Positions 26,392-34,185 of a stretch of DNA of 64,000 bases are shown here, piece after piece. A program made the translations under genes and the position numbers. The stretch spans positions 3,096 through 67,095 of the forward strand of contig JBBRPA010000013.1 of NCBI GenBank assembly GCA_038228695.1, in the 5' to 3' direction. A model generated the notes under the pieces. That model was not told the origin of the DNA. It ran no database searches and saw only the letters and a list, made by a program, of their open reading frames with translations. The stretch is from Chthoniobacterales bacterium. GTDB taxonomy: Bacteria; Verrucomicrobiota; Verrucomicrobiia; Chthoniobacterales; DASVRZ01. Within the stretch, counting starts at the first letter, position 1. Every line of letters begins with the position of its first letter.

Positions 26392-29300
26392 CTACGGCTT
26401 TGCAAGCTCGGCGACGGGCGCTTCAACCGCCGGTTTGGGCGGTGCTGCGATCGGGCTGACTTTCCAGAATTTCGCTAGATGACCGGGCCAGTCGGCGAGA
26501 ATTTCCCAGGCGCGTTGGCTTTCGGTTTCCTCGAGGTGACGGTAGATCAAGCTCTGGATGAAGGTGATTTCGGCCGGTTCGGACAGGCGCTCGTGCTTGA
26601 TCAATTCCGGATTGTAGCGGCCCGGGAACTGGTCGTGCTGATCGAGCACGTAAGCCACGCCGCCGGTCATGCCCGCGCCGAAGTTTTTGCCCGTGCCGCC
26701 GAGGATGATGACGGTGCCGTTAGTCATGTATTCGCAGCCGTGATCGCCGATGCCTTCGACGACCGCGATGCCGCCGGAGTTGCGCACCGCGAAACGTTCT
26801 CCAGCGCGGCCGTTGACGAATAAATGTCCGCCGCTCGCTCCGTAAAGCACGGTGTTGCCGACGATGACGTTGTCCTGTGGGATAAATCCGCGTTTGGCGG
26901 GCGGGCGGACGATAATCTCGCCGCCGCTCATGCCTTTGCCGACGTAATCGTTAGCTTCGCCGGTGAGAACCATGCGAATGCCTGGGCTGAGAAACGCGCC
27001 GAGGCTCTGGCCTGCGGTGCCGGTCAGTTTGAGTTCGATTGTGCCCTCGGGTAAACCTTCCTCGCCGTATTGGTAGCCGAGTTCGCCCGAGACTCGCGTG
27101 CCCACGCTGCGGTTGATATTTTTCACCTTGTAAGTGAGCGAGACGGACTGGCCGTCGGTGATCGCATCCTTGGCATCCTGCAAAATAATATCATCAAGCG
27201 GACGTTCCGCCGGGCCTTCGTTGCGCTCGCGAGTGGCGTGGCGCGGGGCGGAAGGATCATCCCCACTCACGTCGGTGAGTAGCGGAGAAAGATCGAGCAG
27301 GTTGGCCTTCGGATGACCGGGGATTTCCTTTTGCGCGAGCAAGTCGGTGCGACCGATCATTTCATTGACCGTGCGAACGCCGAGCGCCGCCATCATTTCG
27401 CGCATCTCTTCCGCGACGGCGTTGAAGAAGGCGATGATGTTTTCCGGTTTGCCCTTGAATTTGGCGCGGAGTTTTTCGTCCTGTGTGGCCACGCCCACTG
27501 GGCAGGTGTTGACGTGGCACTGGCGCACGTAAACGCAGCCGGCGGCAATGAGTGCGGCGGTGCCAAAGTTAAATTCCTCGGCTCCTAACAATGCCGCGTA
27601 AATAAGATCCTCGCCGGTGCGCATACCGCCGTCGGTCCGGAGTGTAACGCGGTTGCGGAGTCCGTTGAGCATGAGGACTTGGTGCGTTTCGGCGACGCCG
27701 AGTTCCCAAGCGCTGCCGCAATGTTTCACCGAGCTGAGCGGCGACGCGCCCGTGCCGCCTTCGTGGCCGCTGACGAGAATGATGTCCGCGTGGGCTTTAG
27801 CTACGCCCGCGGCAATTGTTCCGACGCCCGCTTCGGCGACGAGTTTCACGCAGATCCGGGCGCGGCTGTTGACCTGCTTAAGATCGTGAATGAGCTGGGC
27901 TAGATCTTCGATCGAGTAGATGTCGTGGTGCGGCGGCGGAGAAATTAGGGTCACGCCAACGACCGTTTTCCGGAGCCGAGCAATCGTGGTGGTGACCTTA
28001 TGCCCGGGAAGCTGGCCACCTTCGCCGGGTTTGGCTCCCTGGGCCATTTTGATTTCGATTTCCTTGGCGCTGGCGAGGTAGGCAGCGTTGACGCCGAAAC
28101 GTCCGGCGGCCACTTGTTTGATCGCGCTGTTGGCGAGATCGCCATTGGGTCGGCGAGTGAACCGCTCAGGGTCCTCCCCGCCTTCGCCGGAGTTCGATTT
28201 GCCACCGATCGCGTTCATAGCGATGGCGAGACATTCGTGGGCCTCGGGGCTGAGTGCTCCGAGCGACATGCCCGCGGTCGTGAAACGGCGACGGATTTCC
28301 TCGATCGGCTCGACCTCGTCGATGGGAATGGGCCCCGATTTGGCAGGAACAAACGCGAGCAAGTTGCGCAAGGAATGCGGCGACGAGGCCAGCACGGCTT
28401 GGACGTAGGCTTTGTAATCGTCGGCGTTGCCGGTCTTGACGAAGGTGTGGAAATTTTTGATCACTGGCGGATTAACGGCGTGCGTTTCCCCGTTGCGACG
28501 GAATCGGTAGAAACCCGGGTCACCGAGCGCGGGTTCTTTGGCCGGTTCTTTGGCCGGTTCTTGCGGAACCGCTTCGCCAAAGGCGAGTTGATGCCGCGTA
28601 ATGCTCTCCTGCGCAATTTCGGGGAACCCAATTCCTTTCACCTGCGAGGAAGTGCCTTTGAAACATTTGCCGATCACGTCCTCTGCGATGCCAATGGCTT
28701 CGAAAGTCTGCGCGCCACGGTAGGAACTGACCACCGAGATGCCCATTTTCGACATGATTTTGAGCAACCCTTTGTCGAGCGCCGATTGGTAATTGAGAAC
28801 GGCTTTGGGGTATTCCGGCATGGCACCGGGCGCGGCTTTTTCGATAATTTCCCGCAGGGTTTCGAAGCCGAGATACGGGTTAACCGAACTCGCGCCGTAG
28901 CCAATCAGGCAGGCGACTTGATGCACGTCGCGCGCCTCGCCCGTTTCGCAAATGATGCTGGCCCGCATCCGTTTTCCTGCGGCGGTGAGGTGATGGTGAA
29001 TCGCACCAACCGCTAGCAGCATAGGCACACCGATGTGCTGTGCATCGACCGCGCGATCGGAGAGGTTAATGATCCGGGCTCCCGCATCGACGGCGGTCTC
29101 CGCTTCGGCGCAAAGACGAATAATCGCCTGCTCCAAACCACCAACGCCCTCGCTGGCGGGCCAAGTCGCGGAAAGAGTGATGAGTTTAAACTCCGGATCG
29201 GTCAGTTTCTTCAATGTCTCCAACTCGTGATCGAGCAAGATCGGCGACGAAGATTCTACCAATTTCGCGTGCTCCGGCGTCTCGCCGAAAAGATTTTTGC

Positions 29301-30969
29301 GCCAGCCCAGAATGGTGGCCAGGGACATAACGAGTTTTTCGCGAATCGGATCGATCGGCGGGTTGGTCACCTGTGCGAAAAGTTGGCTGAAATAGGTGTA
29401 AAGCAGGCGGGGCTGCAACGAGAGAACTGCCAAAGGCGTGTCGTCACCCATCGAGCCGATGCCCTCCGCGCCGTCCTTGAGCATCGGTTTGATGATGAAA
29501 TCCAACTCCTCCGAAGTGTAGCCGAAGGAGATCTGTTTTTGCGTGAGCGAGAGAATGTCGAGGTCGCCGTCTGGAGCGGTCACCGGACCCTTGGCGAGCT
29601 GATTGAGGTTAACGAGGTTGTCCTTGATCCACTGTCCGTAGGGCTGGAGCACAGAAAGTTCAGCCTGAATGTCGGCCTCGCGGAGGAGACGACCGGCGAC
29701 CGTGTCGATTGCGAGCATTTCGCCCGGGGCCAAGCGGCCTTTTTCGATTACGTTCGCGTCGTCAATGTCGGCGCAACCGACCTCGGAACCGAGATGGAAA
29801 ACTTGGTCTTTGGTGATTTTGTAACGCGCCGGACGAAGTCCATTGCGATCGAGGCTCGCGCCGACCGTCAGGCCATCGGTAAAAACGAGGGCAGCCGGGC
29901 CATCCCACGGCTCGTTCAGGCAGCGGTGATACTGATAAAACGCGGTCATTTCCGGCGTCATTTCCGGTTCGCTCCGCCAAGCGGGTGGCACGAGCATTTT
30001 CATCACATGAAGCAGGCTGCGTCCGGAGTGGACGAGCACCTCAAGCGCATTATCGAGGCTGGCCGAATCGCTTCCACCGGGCTGAATGATCGGTTTGAGC
30101 AGATCGATGTCGTTGCCCCAGAATTCGGCGCTCAACTCGGATTCGCGAGCCCGCATCCAGTTGCGGTTACCGCGGACGGTGTTGATTTCGCCGTTGTGCG
30201 CGAGCATGCGGAACGGTTGCCCGAGAGCCCAAGTCGGAAAAGTGTTCGTGCTGTATCGTTGATGATAAACGCAGATCGTGGTCTCGTAATCCGGGTCGGA
30301 AAGATCTTTGAAAAATTTCTCCAGCGAAGGCGAGATGAGCAGTCCTTTGTAGGAAATGGTCCGCGACGAAAACGAAGGAATGTAGAAATTCTTGATCTCA
30401 TCCCGGGCGGCGACTTTTTCAATCTCGTTCCGAGCCAGAAAGAGCTGGCGCTCAAACTCCTCGGCATCCATGTCCGCCGGGCGGCCGAGCATGACGTGTT
30501 CGATTTGCGGCAGGCTGCTCGCGGCCTTGCTTCCGAGCACATTTTCGTTGATCGGGACGTCGCGCCAGCCGAACAGGAACAGCTCCCGCTTCGCCGCCAC
30601 TTCCTCGATAATGGCCCGGGCGCGCTCTTGCTGATAGGCATTGTCGTGCGGGAAAAATATCACACCCACACCAAGGTCCCCGTCTTTGTAGAGTTGATGC
30701 CCCAACTTCGAGAGTTCGCGTCGGAACAATTTGTAGGGAATCTGGGTGAGCACTCCCGCGCCGTCGCCAGTTTTTTCATCGGCATCGACCGCGCCACGGT
30801 GGGCCAGACGGCAAATGGAGGTCAATCCATGGCGCAAAATCGAGTTGGAACGTTTTCCATCGATCGCTGCGATCAAGCCCACGCCACAGGCGTCGTGCTC
30901 GTTTTCAGGTTGATACATCGAGCCAGAGTGGGCGTTGGCAACGTCGAAGGCAGTTTGGTCTAGTCTCAT
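26392..30969 (-). CDS. gltB: Glutamate synthase large subunit
   Basis: Ntn-amidotransferase start ..NEHDACGVG, FMN/Fe-S central region and C-terminal GXGXG domain; ~1525 aa from MRLDQTAF. The track start at 31122 adds 51 unlikely residues. Confidence 0.95.
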   Translation of the reverse strand: MRLDQTAFDVANAHSGSMYQPENEHDACGVGLIAAIDGKRSNSILRHGLTSICRLAHRGAVDADEKTGDGAGVLTQIPYKLFRRELSKLGHQLYKDGDLGVGVIFFPHDNAYQQERARAIIEEVAAKRELFLFGWRDVPINENVLGSKAASSLPQIEHVMLGRPADMDAEEFERQLFLARNEIEKVAARDEIKNFYIPSFSSRTISYKGLLISPSLEKFFKDLSDPDYETTICVYHQRYSTNTFPTWALGQPFRMLAHNGEINTVRGNRNWMRARESELSAEFWGNDIDLLKPIIQPGGSDSASLDNALEVLVHSGRSLLHVMKMLVPPAWRSEPEMTPEMTAFYQYHRCLNEPWDGPAALVFTDGLTVGASLDRNGLRPARYKITKDQVFHLGSEVGCADIDDANVIEKGRLAPGEMLAIDTVAGRLLREADIQAELSVLQPYGQWIKDNLVNLNQLAKGPVTAPDGDLDILSLTQKQISFGYTSEELDFIIKPMLKDGAEGIGSMGDDTPLAVLSLQPRLLYTYFSQLFAQVTNPPIDPIREKLVMSLATILGWRKNLFGETPEHAKLVESSSPILLDHELETLKKLTDPEFKLITLSATWPASEGVGGLEQAIIRLCAEAETAVDAGARIINLSDRAVDAQHIGVPMLLAVGAIHHHLTAAGKRMRASIICETGEARDVHQVACLIGYGASSVNPYLGFETLREIIEKAAPGAMPEYPKAVLNYQSALDKGLLKIMSKMGISVVSSYRGAQTFEAIGIAEDVIGKCFKGTSSQVKGIGFPEIAQESITRHQLAFGEAVPQEPAKEPAKEPALGDPGFYRFRRNGETHAVNPPVIKNFHTFVKTGNADDYKAYVQAVLASSPHSLRNLLAFVPAKSGPIPIDEVEPIEEIRRRFTTAGMSLGALSPEAHECLAIAMNAIGGKSNSGEGGEDPERFTRRPNGDLANSAIKQVAAGRFGVNAAYLASAKEIEIKMAQGAKPGEGGQLPGHKVTTTIARLRKTVVGVTLISPPPHHDIYSIEDLAQLIHDLKQVNSRARICVKLVAEAGVGTIAAGVAKAHADIILVSGHEGGTGASPLSSVKHCGSAWELGVAETHQVLMLNGLRNRVTLRTDGGMRTGEDLIYAALLGAEEFNFGTAALIAAGCVYVRQCHVNTCPVGVATQDEKLRAKFKGKPENIIAFFNAVAEEMREMMAALGVRTVNEMIGRTDLLAQKEIPGHPKANLLDLSPLLTDVSGDDPSAPRHATRERNEGPAERPLDDIILQDAKDAITDGQSVSLTYKVKNINRSVGTRVSGELGYQYGEEGLPEGTIELKLTGTAGQSLGAFLSPGIRMVLTGEANDYVGKGMSGGEIIVRPPAKRGFIPQDNVIVGNTVLYGASGGHLFVNGRAGERFAVRNSGGIAVVEGIGDHGCEYMTNGTVIILGGTGKNFGAGMTGGVAYVLDQHDQFPGRYNPELIKHERLSEPAEITFIQSLIYRHLEETESQRAWEILADWPGHLAKFWKVSPIAAPPKPAVEAPVAELAKP

Positions 30970-31144
30970 GGTGGTCGAGGATTGGTTGGAGCGGGAGTTT
31001 AATTGATACTCCCAAGGGCTGACAACCGGAAATTTCGTTGAAAGCAAACTTTTTTGTCGGGATGAATTCTTTTTTTGTCCAAAAACAATCGTTTCCAACG
31101 TTTTCTGCTTGTTTTTCGCCATTTCGATAGAATTATTTGTCCAG

Positions 31145-31747
31145 ATGAACCCTCCGCCTTTCGGCCCTTTCGACGATCAGGAAATTTTAATCATTCGCCA
31201 GCTCGTCCGCGACCCCCGTCAATCCGACACCGCTATCGCCGAAACCACCGGCGTCAGCGCCCGGACGGTCAACCGCAAACGCCAGCGACTCGAGGAGGAA
31301 GGCATCATTTCCTACCACACCCAAGTGAACCTTTCCGGGGAAGGAACGGGGCAATTTCAGGCCCGCCATCTTTACACAATCCAATTTCGCGTGGGCGTCA
31401 CACATAGCCAGTTGGTGGACGAGATCCGCCAGGAACCCAACGTGCGCACGATTTTCACGGAATTGATTTTTGAAAGTCACATCGCCGAGATCGACGGAAA
31501 ACTCGCGTTGCTCATGTTCATCGAGGGCCAGAGCGACCGCGAAATCGTGGAAACCTTCCAGTCAAAAATCATCCCCAGCCTGCTGAAAAATCACGGCTCC
31601 GATTCGATCGAGGAAATCTCCACCACGCGCGTCCTTTCCCCCATCCGCATCATGCGAAACTACCTCCCACTGGTGAACATGGAGGCCGGCTTCATTAAAA
31701 AAGATTGGCCCGATGAGGCGATCTTCGTCGGTCAGCAACAGGTCTGA
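31145..31747 (+). CDS. Lrp/AsnC-like transcriptional regulator (long form)
   Basis: N-terminal HTH FDDQEILIIRQLVRDPRQSDTAIAETTGVSARTVNRKRQRLEEEGII followed by an effector-like domain. Divergent from gltB. Confidence 0.65.
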   Translation: MNPPPFGPFDDQEILIIRQLVRDPRQSDTAIAETTGVSARTVNRKRQRLEEEGIISYHTQVNLSGEGTGQFQARHLYTIQFRVGVTHSQLVDEIRQEPNVRTIFTELIFESHIAEIDGKLALLMFIEGQSDREIVETFQSKIIPSLLKNHGSDSIEEISTTRVLSPIRIMRNYLPLVNMEAGFIKKDWPDEAIFVGQQQV

Positions 31748-31789
31748 ATCGGTGCGTGGCCGCTTTCCACAGAAAAAGAATGGAGCGGA

Positions 31790-32176
31790 TTATTGTGGAG
31801 GCGCCTCCGTCATCGCCTGAGAAAATCCAGATTGGTAGCCGGCGGCGAAATCTTCTGACTCGGTTTTGTCGGAAGTTTTTAGCCTAGCCTCATCGCCCGC
31901 TTGAAATGCGAGAACTTTTTCGACGGGTTTGGTGAAATTTTTCGCCTTCGCTTCTAGGCCCTTTTGATATCCGAGATATCGTCCTTCGTCGTATTTCGGT
32001 CCGCGCAGATCGATCTCAACGAAGCTAGGAGATTTATTTTCCGCTGCACGGCTCGCCTCGGGTTTTTTCGTCGCGTAGGACGACATTTGAAATCCTGTCC
32101 AGATGACGAATGCCACCGTGATGAGCAATCCCCAGATGCCGCGGTGCGGCGGGGGTGGAGGCAGCTTGAACGGCAT
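31790..32176 (-). CDS. Hypothetical membrane-anchored protein
   Basis: Pro-rich N-terminus, one hydrophobic helix (IWGLLITVAFVIWTGF), charged C-terminus. I recognise no family. Confidence 0.5.
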   Translation of the reverse strand: MPFKLPPPPPHRGIWGLLITVAFVIWTGFQMSSYATKKPEASRAAENKSPSFVEIDLRGPKYDEGRYLGYQKGLEAKAKNFTKPVEKVLAFQAGDEARLKTSDKTESEDFAAGYQSGFSQAMTEAPPQ

Positions 32177-32193
32177 GGGCGGCGCGACCCGTT

Positions 32194-32781
32194 CTATTTC
32201 TTGCCGTGCGCTTCGACTTGGATTTCCACCTTCACCGTGTCGCCCAAAACTTTGGAACCTTCTATCACGCTATTGTAGCTCAATCCGTATTCGGTACGGT
32301 TCAACTCCGTCGAGGCGCTCCAACCCGTTACCGGTTCGCCTTTCATACCGATGCCTTTTCCGAGGAAGGCTACTTTCAGCGCTACTTCTTTGGTCACGCC
32401 GTTCATGGTCAGGTCGCCGGTCACCACGGCGGTTTTTTCACCAGTCAGGACGACTTTATTGCTTTTGAAAGTGATGGTGGGTTTTTTAGCCACGTCGAAG
32501 AAATCCGCACCGCGCAAATGTTCATCGCGCTTCTTGTTCGCCGTGTCGATTGAAGCAGTCTGAATCTTCACATCGACCACCGAATTTTCCGGTTTTTCGG
32601 GATCGACCTGCACGTTGCCGCTAAACTCATTGAACCGGCCGCTAGTATCGCTGAAGAGATGCCGAATCTTAAACCCGATCGTGGAATGAGAGGGATCAAA
32701 CTCGTACACTTCGGCGGCGCTGAGCGACAGGCAGGATACACCCAGTAAAACAACAACGGAGAGAAGTCGGTGGATTTTCAT
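32194..32781 (-). CDS. YceI family periplasmic protein
   Basis: Signal MKIHRLLSVVVLLGVSCLSLSA, then YEFDPSHSTIGFKIRHLFSDTSGRFNEFSG, the YceI signature. Confidence 0.88.
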   Translation of the reverse strand: MKIHRLLSVVVLLGVSCLSLSAAEVYEFDPSHSTIGFKIRHLFSDTSGRFNEFSGNVQVDPEKPENSVVDVKIQTASIDTANKKRDEHLRGADFFDVAKKPTITFKSNKVVLTGEKTAVVTGDLTMNGVTKEVALKVAFLGKGIGMKGEPVTGWSASTELNRTEYGLSYNSVIEGSKVLGDTVKVEIQVEAHGKK

Positions 32782-32827
32782 GCCGCTTAGACTTCCCGAA
32801 AATCGATATTGTTCAAACAAATTCGAC

Positions 32828-33688
32828 TTAAGCGCCGACGGGATGCCAGACGGTTTTGAATTCGATGAATGAGCGGATGTCGTGCAACCCCGCCGCGCTC
32901 ACCCAGGCACCATCGGCGACGCGAATTTTTACTCGTTTGACACTGGCCGCCCCGCCCGTTTCCAACGCGATCGCATCCTCAGCAGAGACCGCCGCGTCAA
33001 GCCCGCGCAAATGCGTGTGGGTGGCAAAGGTCTCGACCAGTTCTTTGCGAAAACCAGTGAGAATGTTCACCACACCTCCGGGCAAATCGGAAGTAGCTAA
33101 CATTTCGCCTAACACAATCGCTGGATAGGGAGTCACCTCAGAAGCCAAGGCCACAACGGAATTTCCGCTAACAATGGCGGGAAGAATTTGGGCGAGCAGA
33201 CCTAACAAGGCCGGGGTGTTCGGCGCGATGATGCCAATGATTCCGGTGGGCTCGCTGATGGTGAAATTAAAATAAGGCGCTGCGACCGTGTTCGAGTTGC
33301 CGAGGACTTGGTCGTATTTGTCCGCCCATCCTGCAAAATGAACGATCAGATCAATCGAACGCGCAACCTCCTCCTTGGCCGAGGCTGGGGTGACCCCTGA
33401 AGTGCTAACGAGAGCGGTCTCCATCTCTGCGGCGCGCGCCTCGATCATTTCGCCGAGGCGATAAAGAATCTGGCCACGGTTGTAGGGGGAGCGCGCAGCC
33501 CAACCTGCACCGGCCTTGGCGGCCACCTCGACGGCGTTGCGCAGATCCTTCCGGGTGCATTGCGGAATATTGGCGAAAAAGGCCTTGGACTTGGGATCGT
33601 GAATCGGAAACACGCGTCCGCTTTCGGAGCGGATGAACGCTCCGCCAACATAGGCTTTGGGAGTTTTGGTAATGGGTAAACGGCTCAT
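32828..33688 (-). CDS. Aldehyde-dehydrogenase-like protein lacking the catalytic domain (286 aa)
   Basis: ALDH N-terminal/NAD-binding half (YVGGAFIRSESGRVFPIHDP, PYNRGQILYRLGEMIEARAAEME, FAGWADK, IAPNTPAL). It ends ~40 aa after the LETGG (ELGG-equivalent) position, with no catalytic Cys segment. Confidence 0.75.
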   Translation of the reverse strand: MSRLPITKTPKAYVGGAFIRSESGRVFPIHDPKSKAFFANIPQCTRKDLRNAVEVAAKAGAGWAARSPYNRGQILYRLGEMIEARAAEMETALVSTSGVTPASAKEEVARSIDLIVHFAGWADKYDQVLGNSNTVAAPYFNFTISEPTGIIGIIAPNTPALLGLLAQILPAIVSGNSVVALASEVTPYPAIVLGEMLATSDLPGGVVNILTGFRKELVETFATHTHLRGLDAAVSAEDAIALETGGAASVKRVKIRVADGAWVSAAGLHDIRSFIEFKTVWHPVGA

Positions 33689-33696
33689 AATTTTTT

Positions 33697-34177
33697 AACC
33701 ACGAATGGACACGAATGGACACGAATTAGTGACAAATGATTCATAGGACGAGACGCTGCCACTCGAGTTTCTTGCGGTGGAAATTAAGCATTTGACCACG
33801 CTCGTGATCTCCAATGCGTTCGATAACTTTGGCATCGACGATTACAGAGTCAGCAATGATCAGATCAGGAACAAACTCAGAAACTTTAACCCCTTTGTAT
33901 CGCACGTCATATTTCCGTTGCTGCTCGCAAGGAATCCCTTGCAAACCAAATTCCACTACCAGCGAATTCTCGTAAGTCTTTTCGTTCAAACCGTGCCCCA
34001 GTTGATTCATCACCTCCAAGGCACATCCAACGATTGCATAGACTAACTTTCCATGGAGAAGCGGCGCTTCCTCCTCCCACTCCAATTCACAGACACGGCT
34101 GGAAGCAACCAAGCTAGGTTCAGCCACCCGCGTTTTTCCCTCTCCCCATTCGTGTCCATTCGTGTCCATTCGTGGTT
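33697..34177. mobile_element. Cassette bounded by 30-bp perfect inverted repeats, carrying a GxxExxY gene (IVS/MITE-like)
   Basis: Left arm 33697-33726 is AACCACGAATGGACACGAATGGACACGAAT. Right arm 34148-34177 is its exact reverse complement. Each arm is ~2.6 tandem copies of the 10-mer ACGAATGGAC. Confidence 0.7.
33741..34169 (-). CDS. GxxExxY protein (PD-(D/E)xK-like; family known from 23S rRNA intervening sequences)
   Basis: LGHGLNEKTYENSL contains the G-x-x-E-x-x-Y motif, followed by VPDLIIADSVIVDAKV; 142 aa. The start codon lies inside the right repeat arm (MDTNGHEW). Confidence 0.85.
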   Translation of the reverse strand: MDTNGHEWGEGKTRVAEPSLVASSRVCELEWEEEAPLLHGKLVYAIVGCALEVMNQLGHGLNEKTYENSLVVEFGLQGIPCEQQRKYDVRYKGVKVSEFVPDLIIADSVIVDAKVIERIGDHERGQMLNFHRKKLEWQRLVL

Positions 34178-34185
34178 GAATTCTT

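Noticed and set aside
33405-33722. ORFs reading through the repeat arms ([14 protein letters not shown]... at 33405-33722; ...FVSIRVHSWLNSF at 34053-34289; ...SSIRVYSCPFEVK at 44957-45178).
   Set aside because: They are frames created by the inverted-repeat arms themselves and overlap real genes. They are repeat-encoded artefacts rather than proteins.
33697-34177. Whether the tandem 10-mers in the arms (and the 9-mers at 49591) represent a CRISPR array.
   Set aside because: The repeat units are 9-10 bp, directly abutting, with no spacers and no cas genes. They are not CRISPR-like.
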